Shown here piece after piece: positions 26,936 to 40,285 of a stretch of 64,000 bases of DNA. The notes beneath the pieces were generated by a model that worked only from the letters and a program-made list of their open reading frames with translations, did no database searches and had not been told where the DNA came from. Source of the stretch: Eledone cirrhosa (taxonomy: Eukaryota). The position numbers and the translations under genes are program-made. Each line of letters begins with the position of its first letter. Within the stretch, counting starts at the first letter, position 1. The stretch spans positions 68,262,001-68,326,000 of the forward strand of contig OZ024744.1 of the NCBI GenBank assembly GCA_964016885.1. Direction: 5' to 3'.

Positions 26936-27708
26936 GACGTAAAATAAGAAAATATTTTTTTTAAAAAAATATTTTTTTAAAAAAATATTTTTTTTAAATT
27001 TTAAAAAAATATTTTCTTATTTTACGTCCTTTATATTATTGTTCTGCATTCTCCTGCATTGAACCACCTAGGTACTATGACATAACCTGTGTATTTGCTG
27101 GCATGGGCGTGCATCTGTGCGCTTATGTTAGTTGATATATTAAATTATCTATATTTATCTCCAAATCACTGATTTGTCGAGCAAACTTGTCAAAACCACT
27201 TCTAAAAAAATTTTTTTGGGGTGTTAGTAGGCGTCAGTCATCTTACCATCCCATTCCTTCTAACTAGCCTCTGTGTCACGTGATTGATTCTTTAGAATCG
27301 GCCATTTGACTTGAAGCAGTGAGAATTTCGGTACATAGAATCCAGTCCTCGCAAGCTGTTCGATCTACCGAATTATTATTATTTTTATATGAGCCGCCAG
27401 TGTCCGCGCATTGCCTGGAGACTTAACTGAGAATAGACTTCCTGATGACGCAATGAATTCTCGACAGTTGGATTACATAACTGTCTTTATCCCATTGCAG
27501 AAACTAATTAGTTGGAGTGAAAATTTAAGTAAGAAAAAAATTTTTTTTTTTAATTTTTTTAAAAAAAATATTTTCTTATTTTACGTCCTTTATATTATTG
27601 TTCTGCATTCTCCTGCATTGAACCACCTAGGTACTATGACATAACCTGTGTATTTGCTGGCATGGGCGTGCATCTGTGCGCTTATGTTAGTTGATATATT
27701 AAATTATC

Positions 27709-27712
<4 letters not shown>
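26930..27712 (+). mobile_element. Non-coding retrozyme-like insert: short 5' inversion plus a ~560-nt unit with terminal direct repeat
   Basis: ~27000-27152 is repeated at ~27558-27712. 26930-26965 is inverted, and (TA)n flanks both sides. Confidence 0.75.
27437..27518 (+). ncRNA. Type I hammerhead motif
   Basis: ACTTC-CTGATGA-cGCAATG...CATTGCa-GAA-ACTAATTAGT-T^GGAGT. Confidence 0.82.
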
Positions 27713-27739
<27 letters not shown>

Positions 27740-27753
27740 AATTAAGTTATTTG

Positions 27754-27825
<72 letters not shown>

Positions 27826-28016
27826 TATATAAGTAAGGAGTAAACTGTCAGTGATGCATGTGATTTCCGAACTGTTGACTTGTGTCAAAAGCAGTGGGAT
27901 TTTTCGGTGACACAGCGGCAATAACAATGACGATAAGCCGTCTGTGCTTTCGTGAAATAAATACGTTTGCTTATATTTTGTTTTTGTGTATGCAAAAATA
28001 TCTGTACACGAATATA

Positions 28017-28082
<66 letters not shown>

Positions 28083-28260
28083 AAAGAATAGAGGTGTTAC
28101 ACACAAGTTATTATATATTGGTAAACGGAATAGAAAATGCTGACAAATTGTTCACAGTTGAAAAATGGTTTAATTAGGAATAAAAGAGTATTAGTAATTG
28201 TATGGGTTAGTATTCAATTGTGGTTTTAAGTTTTTAAGTTTTTACCGGTTGCGCATTTTC

Positions 28261-28343
28261 AAAAATAATTTTGAGATAGAGTGTCCGTGTTGTTTGCTCT
28301 GATCAGAGCAAACAACACGACACTCTATCTCAAAATTATTTTT
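28261..28343. repeat. Spacerless ~83-bp palindrome
   Basis: AAAAATAATTTTGAGATAGAGTGTC...GCTCTGATCAGAGC...GACACTCTATCTCAAAATTATTTTT. Confidence 0.9.
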
Positions 28344-28356
28344 GCATAAAATAAGC

Positions 28357-29345
28357 ATAAAATAAGCTCCAAGAAGAATAGATGAATAGGTCCGAGCATT
28401 TTATAACAACTAGAAATTGATTAACATATAAATAAAGATATGAAACAATCACGGGGGATAATTTTTACAAGTGTGTAAGCACACACAGCTAAATAGGTAA
28501 CTAAATAAAGTTAACTAGAACTTCAAAAATAGATACCTTATAATATGATTAATCTTCCCTGTATATATTCCATTAAAGAAATATATTTCACCAATTAATC
28601 GAATGGTAAACCACGGATGCCGATACTTGGATTTTCAACAAGGAAGAAGTCGGACTGTCTGTGTTTACGCATTAAGTTCAAATCAGCGACTGGCCAGTAA
28701 CGCGTGTTGTATCTACTAAAAATACACACATTATACCAGCTTCGTCCCAGTGGCGTTAATAGGGTTATCGACAACTAGAAACAGCAGTCGAGTCCTTTCA
28801 ACAGAGTTAGCTCTACAATTAAGGAGCCGTATTTATATATCTATATCCAAAATTAAGATAAATCAAAATGAATTTAATCTAAATCAAAATTATGGGTGTC
28901 ATGCCACAAGGCATGCGCCATATCACCCGTAAAATAAGCTCCAAGAAGAATAGATGAATAGGTCCGAGCATTTTATAACAACTAGAAATTGATTAACATA
29001 TAAATAAAGATATGAAACAATCACAGGGGATAATTTTTACAAGTGTGTAAGCATACACAGCTAGGTAGGTAACTAATTAAAGTTAACTAGAACTTCAAAA
29101 ATAGATACATTATAATATGATTAATCTTCCCTGTATATATTCCATTAAAGAAATATATTTCACCAATTAATTTAATGGAATATATACAGGGAAGATTAAT
29201 CATATTTATAAGGTATCTATTTTTGAAGTTCTAGTTAACTTTATTTAGTTACCTACCTAGCTGTGTGTGCTTACACACTTGTAAAAATTATCCCCTGTGA
29301 TTGTTTCATATCTTTATTTATATGTTAATCAATTTCTAGTTGTTA
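28357..29345 (-). mobile_element. Non-coding tandem unit (~572-bp period) with a terminal inversion, retrozyme/PLE-like
   Basis: 28358-28598 is repeated at 28930-29170, and 29171-29345 is inverted. There is a weak minus-strand TTGAAAA-tCCAA...TTGGt-GAAATATAT motif at 28578-28638. Confidence 0.6.
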
Positions 29346-29747
29346 TATATATATATATATATATAATATATATGTACGTACGTACGTATGTATGTTCATC
29401 TGGTTTTATAATTTTATGAATTTTTACCAATAGAGAGAGAGTCGGTTTCTAACCTAGACACAACATCAAGTAGGTAGATATGTATACATGTCTGCATGCT
29501 TGCGTTTTTGTGCAGGTATGTGTGTTATTGTATGTGTGGATGTGGATGTTTTAAGTTATGTATGTGTGCATGTGAATATGTTTTGTATCTGTATATGTTT
29601 ACATGGAGTTATTACATGCAGAAGCTTTGGAATGGTTATTCGTGTGTGTATGTATATATGTATGTATGTATGTTTGTATGTATGTATGTATGTATGTATG
29701 TATGTATGTATGTATGTATGTATGTATGTATGTATGTATGTATGTAT

Positions 29748-30275
29748 GTTTTGTGTTTAGTCCTGCAGGATGTCCAAAGTCACCCTCCTCACCAAGAAAC
29801 CTTGGTGGGGTTGACAGTTTAGTCGCCAACGACCCGTCAAAGGGCAAAGGAGCTCTTAAGAGTCAATGGCCATCCAAAATCACCGGGAGAGAGACCCCTT
29901 AGCCTTTGTCAAGGCAGAATTCTAGGAGAAGGAAAACTCTGATGGTATCCAATGATGTTGACTTGTTCTTCTTTTTGGTAAATATCATCTTGGTTAAGAG
30001 AGTGGGACTGGCTTTGTGCAGTGCCTTTGCTCACTATAAAAGCTTCATGGCACAGGCATTGCTTTATATCTGGAGATCTTTCTGCACTTGTCGTCACAGG
30101 GTACCATGGGCCCAGCACTATGTGTCAATAATTGTCACAAGTGTAGTGTTTGTACCAGAGTTTTCAAGTCGCTGGCTGGACTAAAAAGTCACACTCGTTC
30201 AGCGCATCGGTAGGGGTTCTCCTACATGGATATAAAGTAGTGGCCGTACTCGAAAACGAGTTGGCAGCCACCACC
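29748..30275 (-). repeat. Dispersed repeat in (TATG)n, possibly an RLE LINE 3' end (second copy 37243-37638)
   Basis: Near-identical to 37243-37638 and adjacent to (TATG)n. The protein resemblance is weak. Confidence 0.55.
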
Positions 30276-30799
30276 ATGTATGTATGTATGCGTGCGTCTG
30301 TCTGTATGTATGTATATTTATATGTATGTATGTATCCACGTATGCCGTATAGCATAGTATATGCATATATAAGTGGAAAGTGGGTAAAGTGCATGTGTAT
30401 GTGTTTAGCATTGTCTGTATGTGTGTGTGTGTGCGTGTGTGTGGTTGTGGGAGTGTTAGGGTTAAAATCTGGTGGGGTCGGTCTTACTGGTAGTTTTAGG
30501 GATAACACCGAATCACATAGGCTTGTGTTTATATCACTTCTATTCTCAAGGCCGCTTATAAATAAATATCGCTATTTTGGGGAATATACACCACTAGGGA
30601 ACTCCTGAATATACACTTGTCACAACCAACTGTTAAGCCATAATGATCTCCCTTAACGCCAATACCAGACTTGTTTTCTTCTAAAATTTCTACACATGCG
30701 CAATAAACGCGTACACATGCACTTTACCCATACACTCATATATATATATACTTTTACCACACCTTCCCTACCCAGAATTATACACACACTGTAAATCAA

Positions 30800-31345
30800 A
30801 ACCACTACCATCACTACCACCACCACCACCACCACCACCACCAACTACTTACCTACCTACCTACCTACCTACCACCACCACCACCACCAAAACCTTAATC
30901 ACCACCACCACTACCAACAACAACAAGAACAACACCACCGCCACCACCACAAACCACCACAAACCACCACCTACCTACCTATCTACCAGCACCACCACCA
31001 CACCACCACCATCTACCTACCTACGACCACCGCCACTTAACTACCTACCTACCTACCACCACAACCACCACCTACCTACCACAACCACCACCTACCTACC
31101 ACTACTACCACCAGCACCACTACTATCACCACCACTACCACCACCTCCACAACCACTACCTAAAGCCACCCGCCCCACCAAAACCACCACCACCACCACC
31201 TCCACCACCACCACCACCACCAGCACCACCACCACAATCTCCACCTACCTACCTCCACCACCACCTACCTACCACCAGCACCACCACCATCACGACCACT
31301 TGCATGTCCACCTACCAAAACACCACCACCACCACCTACCTACAT
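30800..31345. repeat. Compound (CAC)n/(CCTA)n low-complexity tract
   Basis: Seen directly. Confidence 0.9.
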
Positions 31346-32152
31346 CTACATACTATGACGTGTTGCTCACTTAATGCCATACCTAAGTCACACTACCAAA
31401 CATTTATTCATTACTACTGCATACGCCCACACATACGTAGAAAACTTTTCTCACACAAACGATAGACGTAAACATACTTCACTTCATACATTGTCGTCTG
31501 CTTAACTTCTCAACTGCGCATTCACCATCTTCTGCTAAAAGTCGTCGTATTTTCTCTACTCATGTTCTGACGACCACATACTGTGTTATTGTTGTTGTTG
31601 TTTTTAAATTAAATTCCCCCCTTTTTCTCTTGATGAAAGGTAACTGTCCGAAACACAGGTTACTCATCTTTTACATTTTCTTCATTACGTAATTACATTC
31701 ATTTTTGTTTGCTGTCTGTTACCTGTTTTAGCCCGTGTCTTACCTGGATACACACACACCACACACGCACACACACACACACACACACACTCCATACACG
31801 CCACACACTCACACACACTCCACACACGCCACACACTCACACACACGCCCGCACACACATAGACGTACACACACACACACAGATATATATTAAAGAGCTT
31901 ACAATATGTTACAGTATGCTAGGAGTCACTGTCAAATAATGTCAGGAGACGAGGGTTAATGCGAAGAATACTTATTATTCATTAGCTAACATTTTAAATG
32001 CTTTGTCGAAAAGGCCATTTGTTTTGCTCGATTGAGCTTGTAAAATGAATCGAGTGAAATGATTTGTTTGACATGACCAGTCGAGTGAAAAAAAATTACT
32101 TATCACGAATTATTTAAAATTATATCTGATAAATAATTATATATATATATAT

Positions 32153-32461
32153 ATATAAGCATGTATACGTACATACATGTGTATACAGACGTAGAGTAGT
32201 ATGTATATATATACATAGATGCTCACATATATATATATTTACGTATGGGTTTACCGAACATTTATTATAATGCACGGTTTGTTTGACGATAGCTAATAAG
32301 CTTGAAACTAGTACATCGTTCCTTTGTCAGTGTTGAACAAATGAGCAACGAAGGTTGCTAAACACTGTACGGCTTAATTCGGGCTGTTTGTTTACAAACA
32401 CACCGAGCATTATAATAAATGTTCGGTAAACCCATACGTACATATTTATATGTGTGCATGA

Positions 32462-32539
<78 letters not shown>

Positions 32540-33040
32540 TACTGTACGTCTGTATACATATATGTATGTACGTATACATGCTTATATGTAAGTAACAGTC
32601 GTACTAAGAGTGAGAAATGAAATTTCGTTTCGTTTTATCCATTTATCGTTTTCGGTATGCCCGGCCGACTAACTCACGCGATATGCAAATTAAGCTGCTC
32701 AGTCGTTTATAAGCATAAGGAAAGTATATACTTTCAGGCGTTCAATCATCTGGCAGGAAGGTATACGATGCTGACGATAGCTAATAAGCTTGAAACTAGT
32801 ACATCGTTCCTTTGTCAGTGTTGAACAAAAGGGCAACGATGGTTGCTAAACACTGTACGGCTTAATTCGGGATGTTTGTTTACAAACACACCGAGCATTA
32901 TAATAAATGTTAGGTGAATCCATACTTACATGTATATATGTGTGCATGTATGTATATATATATATACATACTACTGTACGTCTGTATACATATATGTATG
33001 TACGTATACATGCTTATATTTAAGTAACAGCCGTACTAAG
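32153..33040 (+). mobile_element. Non-coding retrozyme-like element: 5' inversion plus two tandem hammerheads, 488 nt between predicted cleavage sites
   Basis: 32284-32608 is repeated at 32772-33040, and 32153-32283 is inverted. A third copy lies at 52850-53362. Confidence 0.8.
32765..32807 (+). ncRNA. Type I hammerhead motif
   Basis: ACGATG-CTGACGA-tAGCT aata AGCTt-GAA-ACTAGT-A^CATCGT, with a perfect 6-bp stem I. Confidence 0.88.
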
Positions 33041-33043
33041 GCT

Positions 33044-33146
33044 CCGATGATTTGATTAGGCATACACTGTATTGAAGGTTGAGTGGCACAACTTCAAGTG
33101 ATTAGCAATCTTTAGACATCCTAATCAATGAAACAATTGTTAATAC
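33044..33146 (+). ncRNA. 5'-truncated hammerhead motif with a long stem II
   Basis: CCGATGA-tTTGATTAGG...CCTAATCAAt-GAA-ACAATTGT-T. The 5' strand of stem I is missing. Confidence 0.55.
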
Positions 33147-33359
33147 TGTAAATAAACCCTTTTTGTACTATTGACCATGTCATTCTTCAATCTTTCACTA
33201 TTATTACTAAGATTAACCTGTATAGGAAATCCCGGGAACTCGCCACCTAACTAAGGAAACCTCTTGTTGAGTCAAACAACGCCGTACGTTAAAACTATCC
33301 ATAATACAGAGTACTCACAACCTCTAACTGGATTACCCATAACGATAATTTGTTATCCC

Positions 33360-33488
<129 letters not shown>

Positions 33489-33655
33489 TAGGACGAAACA
33501 TTGTTGGCTAATAAAGACTTTTGATGTATTGAAGCCTTCTTTGGTTTATTTTCTTGATTCTTCGGCTCTGTTTAATTACATTGGGCTATACCTTTACTGT
33601 CATTTCTATGATATGAAGAGGGTGTTTAACTCCAACACACTCTAGTATTTTAATT

Positions 33656-33723
<68 letters not shown>

Positions 33724-33724
33724 T

Positions 33725-33860
33725 ATAAGAAAATGTTCAAGACCCCGACGGCAGAGCTCAAGCCGTTTTGACGGCTATTTTTGGACTCAAAAGTAACCGT
33801 CCAGAAATAGCCGTCGAAACGGCTTGAGCTCTGCCGTCGGGGTCTTGAACATTTTCTTAT
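33725..33860. repeat. Fold-back (62-bp arms) carrying the 3' half of a hammerhead-like motif
   Basis: Arms are 33725-33786 and 33799-33860, with GAA-ACGGC...GCCGT-C. The downstream tail resembles 24158-24235. Confidence 0.75.
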
Positions 33861-34040
33861 TACCCACTCTACTACCCTAAGTATTGAGTACTCTCGTGCG
33901 TTATGGTCCACCTGGTTCCTTACCACATTTCCTTGGTTATATATATATATATATATTAAGATAAGCAGAACAAGTAAAATTCAATCAATTTTTTAAAATA
34001 CATTAAAAAATATAATATAAATATTTACCTCTCCTAGTGG

Positions 34041-34119
34041 CCCTTACTGATCAGTTTCGCTTTGTAAAACCTCATAAGTCCGATGGATTTATGATGGAAA
34101 ACCAAAGCTCATCAGAGAA
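34041..34119 (-). ncRNA. Type I hammerhead motif (mirror copy)
   Basis: Reverse complement of 34405-34483. Confidence 0.8.
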
Positions 34120-34404
34120 GCATTTTCCCTTCCTAGGGCTAAACGTCCCAGGAACGACAAAATATATAACCTCCTGCCAGCTAATAAAGGTCTGAAAGGT
34201 CGTAAAAGTGACCCGTATGTAAACTGGACCGAAGTAAAAGCGGGAAAATCAAAGACTTGCTGTCTACAATTACTACTAAAAAAATAGCAGCTATATAGAG
34301 CAACAGGATTGTTCTCAACGGACGGAGAACAGACCTTTATTAGCTGGCAGGAGGTTATATATTTTGTCGTTCCTGGGACGTTTAGCCCTAGGAAGGGAAA
34401 ATGC

Positions 34405-34483
34405 TTCTCTGATGAGCTTTGGTTTTCCATCATAAATCCATCGGACTTATGAGGTTTTACAAAGCGAAACTGATCAGTAAGGG
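34405..34483 (+). ncRNA. Type I hammerhead motif
   Basis: TTCT-CTGATGA-GCTTTG...CAAAGC-GAA-ACTGATCAGT-A^AGGG. Confidence 0.82.
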
Positions 34484-34671
34484 CCACTAGGAGAGGTAAA
34501 TATTTATATTATATTTTTTAATGTATTTTAAAAAATTGATTGAATTTTACTTGTTCTGCTTATCTTAATATTAAAGTTCTGGTGTATCAAATTAATACCA
34601 TTGAACAACCTTGAATCATAGACAACCTATGTATTTCTGGGGGTACCTAGTATCCCTGGACATATTAACTT

Positions 34672-34719
<48 letters not shown>

Positions 34720-34787
34720 CCTCCCCAAGTATAACAATATTTGTTTCGACACACGATTTCATATCAAAAACCTCGCAAAACTATATA

Positions 34788-34823
<36 letters not shown>

Positions 34824-34825
34824 TG

Positions 34826-37156
34826 TCTCTTTCTCTTCATTTCGAGTATATTTTTTTGGACCGGCCACCTTCCTGGTGGCAAGGTTGTAAAAGAAAAGAA
34901 ATTGTCATCCCTTCAATCGTAAGAATGTTTTGCAAATTTTGAAGGTGCCAGCTATCGCAGCCATTTGTAGACTATGAATTAGGGAGCTGCGCTTTTTGTC
35001 CGCAAATCCAAGTTCAGTCATACTTTGGTCCAAGCGGGTTGGTATATAACCCGTAGCTCCAATAATGATGGGTATGAAGCAAAAGGTGTATCTTGGATAC
35101 TGGATTTGTAAACTCCTCATCAATGGTCCGTAGATGTCCTCCTTCTCCTGTATTTTTCTGACAACGTTTACTCAAGTGGGCAGCTGATCTCCACAACAGA
35201 ACACGTTTTCAATGTGTGGTCCCAAACAACAATATCAGGTCGGTTGTGCTTTAATTTGGTGGCAGTTTTTATTTTCAGGTTCCACCAGTATTCCTTAGTG
35301 CCATCTGTCTCAATATATTCTTCCTCGTTTGTTGTTAATTTTGTTTTCCGAAGTGCGTTCCAGATGGTTCTAGCTACCCCATCTTGTCTCATGGGGAGGT
35401 AGTAGCGAGATGACATTCTTTCGCAGCTGGCAACAATGTGGCTTACATCCTCGATCTTTGTTTTACATAGCCTACATTTATTGTCAGCTGCTGGCCCTCC
35501 TCTTTTGTGCAGAAGATATTTGGCAGGGAGTTCTTGTTCCTGTATTGCATAGAGATATCCCTCAAGGTGTGATGTCATAAACTTGTCGGAACTCCATGCC
35601 AGGCTTTTTGAGTGGTTTATCCCCTCTATGGTCTGTGTTTTACGCCTCAAGTATCCATACACAACTTTTTCTGTAAATTGGTCAATTTTTCTATCTTGTT
35701 TGAACATTTAATAGGATCTTCCGATTTCTCTGGGTGAGAGATTTATATCAGGCTTTATTCCATATCTCTCCTCCAGATCAGTCGCTATTCTAATGATATT
35801 TTTTTTTTCATGCTCATAAACCTGGGCAAGATGGTTGCCAACCTTTTTCCTCTGTTGAAGGTGTTGCTTCAGTGTTACTATCCGGGTCTCATATGTTGTT
35901 AATATTGATTTTAGACCCCGGCCACCTTCCTTGCGTGAGAAGTATAGCCTATCCACATCACCATTGATGTTAAAGTTCCCAGTAACACTGAGAAGTTTTC
36001 AAGTTCTAACATCCATCTCACTTAGTTCTTGCAATGACCAGTTCAGCAGGCCAAATGTTGGCGTTAGAATTGGCACAGTATAAGTATTGTGGGCAATGTA
36101 TTTGTTGTATGCTGACAGTTCTGATGACCATATTTATTTTTTTTACTCTTCTGAGGTATTCAGTTCTGGTTCTCTCCTTATTTATGGGTCCATCATATCT
36201 GACATTCTCATCCTGTCCAAGATATCTGTAGTTGTCACCTGACTGCAGAGGTTGTATTGTCAGGCCGTTCATCTCTAGATTTCTAGAGGAGGGCACAGCT
36301 CTTCCACGTTTTATTGCCAAATATGCACACTTGGACTCACCAAATTTCATTTTGATGTCGGTTAAAAATTGTGTAATGAGGTCCAATTGTTTGTTGATGT
36401 CATTGATATTTGGCCCATACAACTTCAGGTCATCAACAAAGAAAAGATGGGAGATACTTCTGGGCCCACTTCTTTGTCCACCTTGTTTCCTGAGTAGGTA
36501 AGATAGTGGATTCAGTGAGAGAACGAAGAGTAGCACTGACAAGCTATCACCCTGAAATATGCCCTTCTGGTAATGTATCTTATCAGTCTTAACTTGCTCC
36601 TTCTCATCTCTAAGGATCAAATTGGTGTACCAGTTCTTGGTCAGGCGTTCAACAGCAGCTACGAATGGTTGTGGGACTTTAGCTAACTGTAAAGCCTTAA
36701 TAATCCACCCATGAGGTATACTATCAAATGATTTTTGATAGTCCAGCCACACCACAGACATGTTTCTGCGATTCTTTGTTGTTTTTTCCCGAATCATTTT
36801 GTTAGTTAGTTGGTGATCTATGCAACCCCACACCTCCCTCTTTCCACCAGTTTGCTCAGGTGTTATGATGTTGTTGGTAGCACAGTGATCTTGTAAGAAC
36901 AGGTTAAGGCACCCAGTATATAATTTATACATGATGTTTTCGCAGGCTATTGGGCGGTAATTTTTAACAAGGGTGGTTTGGCTATTTTTGGGAATGAGGA
37001 GAGTAGTGGCAGTTGATAACCATCTGGGCAGTTCTTCTGTGCCTTTAATGGTTTCTGTAAACAGCCGTATGAGATCTTGCCGATAGAAAGTGAAATTCTT
37101 CAACCAACATCCTGTAATGAGGTCTGGGCCTTGCGATTTCCTATTCGACATTTTCT
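34826..37156 (-). mobile_element. R4-type RLE LINE, 5'-truncated, inserted in (TATG)n
   Basis: RT motifs YRPIAC, LDYQKSFDS, GIFQGDSLS and LFFVDD, then CRLC..H...C and HNRPDIV. Several frameshifts are present, and (TATG)n lies on both sides. Confidence 0.88.
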
Positions 37157-37637
37157 GTATGTATGTATGTATGTATGTATGTATGTATGTATGTATGTAT
37201 GTATGTATGTATGTATGTATGTATGTATGTATGTATGTATGTTGGGAGAGATGACCCCTTAGCCTTTGTCAAGGCAGAATTCTAGGAGAAGGAAAACTCT
37301 GATATAACACCTGCAACCCTGATGGTATCCAATGATCTTGACTTGTTCTTTTTGGTAAATATCATCTTGGTTAAGAGAGTGGGACTGGCTTTGTTTAGTG
37401 CCTTTGCTCACTATAAAAGCTTCACGGCACAGGCATTGCTTTATATCTGGAGATCTCTCTGCATTTGTCGTCACATGGTACCATGGGCCCAGCACTATGT
37501 GTCAATAATTGTCACAGGTGTAGTGTTTGTACCAGAGTTTTCAAGTCGCTGGCTGGACTAAAAAGTCACACTCGTTCAGCGCATCGGTGGGGGTTCTCCT
37601 ACATGGATATAGAGTAGTGACCGTACTCGAAAACGAG

Positions 37638-37871
<234 letters not shown>

Positions 37872-38173
37872 GAGTGTTTGTGTGTAGACATATACATGTA
37901 CGTACATACATATGATACGTTTATACACACACACATACATATATATATATATTTTGTTTGTATATGCATGTATGTACTTGCGTTTGTGAGTGTAGTAGAG
38001 AAGACTGCAAATGTGAAACAAAGAAAATAAAAGCATGCACCGAAACATAAACGAAGAGACAATAGGTGGACAGAGAAATAGTTTGCTAGACAGATAGGAA
38101 AATATATTTGAAAACAATAAAATGGAACACTAGACGTTGGGATGATTAACATTATCTTAAGTGCATTATCTTA

Positions 38174-38367
38174 AGGGCAGTGGATTGGCAATATCGTTAG
38201 AACGTCAGACACTTTGCTTTGCAGAATAAAGTTACGGCCCTTTATGTTCTGAGTTCAAATCCCGCCGAGGTTAACTTTGTCTTTCCTCCTTACGGACTCA
38301 ATAAAATAAAGTACCAGTAATGCACTGGGATAATTGCTGGCCTTGTTCCAAAAGTAGAAACAATTAT
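38174..38367 (+). mobile_element. tRNA-derived SINE (MetaSINE-like) with an apparent ATTATCTTAAG TSD
   Basis: B-box, core and flanking duplication. Confidence 0.85.
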
Positions 38368-38521
38368 CTTAAGTGCTACCGAGAATTTTTTCCTGCACGT
38401 TGATCACTCGGAAACGAAAAGTTGAGAGTTTGATATAGCCGAACGGTTTGAGATAGATGCTTTTAATTTTATTAAAAAAACATTTTTCTTGTGTCATTTC
38501 TCATAGATGATAGTCTCTATA

Positions 38522-38920
38522 TAATCTGCTTGGAGGGTGTGATACATGGAAAGAGAAACAGAGGACCCTCCAATGGTAGATGGAGAGCCCAGGTAGTAAA
38601 ATGGTCTCAGAACTTAATGGAATGGCAATGAATAGGCGTTGGTGGGGTGTCTCTCTCTAAAATCTGTCTGGAGGTGTGTCATACCCTCGAAAAGGAAACA
38701 CAGGACACCCTCCAAAGGTAGATGGAGGAACCAGATCATAAATTTTAATGTTGATCAGAGCCAGAACAAAATGGAATGGCAATTAATATGGGTGGATAGA
38801 GTCTCTCCCTAAAATCTGTCTTGGGTGTGTGATACCCAGGAAAATGAAACAGGACACCCCAGTGGTAGATGCAGGGAGCAGATTCATAAAATATTCTTAA
38901 TAATAACCAGGGACAAAATA
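38522..38920. repeat. Diverged tandem repeat, three units of ~140-150 bp
   Basis: AATCTG..TGG..GTGTG.TAC...GAAACA..GGAC.CCC...GGTAGATG recurs at ~38523, 38661 and 38813. Confidence 0.75.
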
Positions 38921-39294
38921 GGAAGAAATGGAAGAAATATATTCATAATGTTTCGTACTTTGTTGTAAACGGAAATAACCATGGAAATAACCATATCATC
39001 ACTGGAAAATATTTGAAGCTTATTTTCACACAAAGCAGTTTTGTGGTGTTGCTCATTTACTAGGTTAGATAATTTGAAGGTATAAAAGCATTGGAAAACG
39101 AATGGGATTAGGAGAAGTTAGAAATAAGTTTTCAAAGTCCAAAAATCAGATTGTAAGCATAATCAAATGTCTGCTATAGCCCAAACCCAGTAATCACGCG
39201 CTATAGCAGAATGACTATGATATAGAAGGGAGACAATCGAAACTCAAACGTTCTCACACGAGACACTGTCGAAAAGGTCACTGAGAATTGTGAA

Positions 39295-39485
39295 GGCGCG
39301 TGGCTTACTGGTTAGAGAATTGGATTTGCAATCGTGGGTTTGTGAGTTTAATTCTCGGACCGGGTGAGCAAGACACTTTATTTCACGTTGCTCCTTCTGC
39401 CAGGAGTTGCAACCGATAGATAATATCAACAATGGAAAGACCAATGGATACATTGTTTACTTAGTCCGATTTGATGAGGTCCACC
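39295..39485 (+). mobile_element. Second tRNA-derived SINE family
   Basis: A-box GGCGCGTGGCTTACTGG, a B-box-like motif and GCAAGACACTTTATTTCACG. Sister copy at 54790. Confidence 0.75.
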
Positions 39486-40285
39486 CCACTCGGCGAGCGA
39501 ATGAGGACTGGGATTTTGTCGATCGATCAGAGCGAGAGAGAAGTCATTGTGAATGAAAAGTATACTGATATGGTTCCATGAATTAAGATTTATTCCTCTA
39601 TACATATATAACAATTGAATAGTTGAATGAATATAGTAGGTAGTTCTGAGGTAAACTCTTTCGTGGCAATGGATAGGACATTATTGAGTGCAATTTTCAC
39701 AATTGGTGACTGTGTATCTGGTAGTGATTCACTATAAACGTGTTTCCCTTCAAAACAGCTGCGTGGTAATATTGGGCAAGTGTCTTTTACACCGGTTTTG
39801 TGATTAGAATTTGTTAGTGGAAACAACCAATGTTTAAGTATCTGAATGAGTTGGATCAACGAGAAATAGTGTCTTACTCAAGGACACAACGCTCCAATTT
39901 GGACGGGATGCGAACTCTTAATGTTATGGTCGTGAGCCCAACGCTCACTTTTTCTCTCGATATACACACGCACATACACTCATACACACGGGCACAGACA
40001 CGCATACACACGCGCGCGCGCGAACACTCACACAGACACACACACATATATATATAATATAGATAGATAGATTTCTTTATTTACCATAAAGGCATAAAAA
40101 GAAGGGACAAATACAAAGGGGGAGTATAATATAATCGAGTAAAAAGGGTGTAACATGAAAATAATCGAAAATAACCTCAAAAGGGAGGGGACGTGATGGG
40201 GGTTGCACACACCCCCGAAAAAGTGTGCAATCCTTTGCCCGGGGAGCACATGGAGAAGGTGCTCCCCTCTCCTTTACTTCTTTAC

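Larger units (their letters stand above)
33953..34571. repeat. Fold-back with 242-bp arms and a 135-bp spacer
   Basis: 33953-34194 is the reverse complement of 34330-34571. Confidence 0.95.

Noticed and set aside
31626-31665. TTGATGA...CCGAAACACAGGTT hammerhead-like string
   Set aside because: The stems pair too poorly to call.
38522-38920. CRISPR-like repeat-spacer pattern (also 56478-56604)
   Set aside because: Whole units are homologous, the context is eukaryotic and there are no cas genes.
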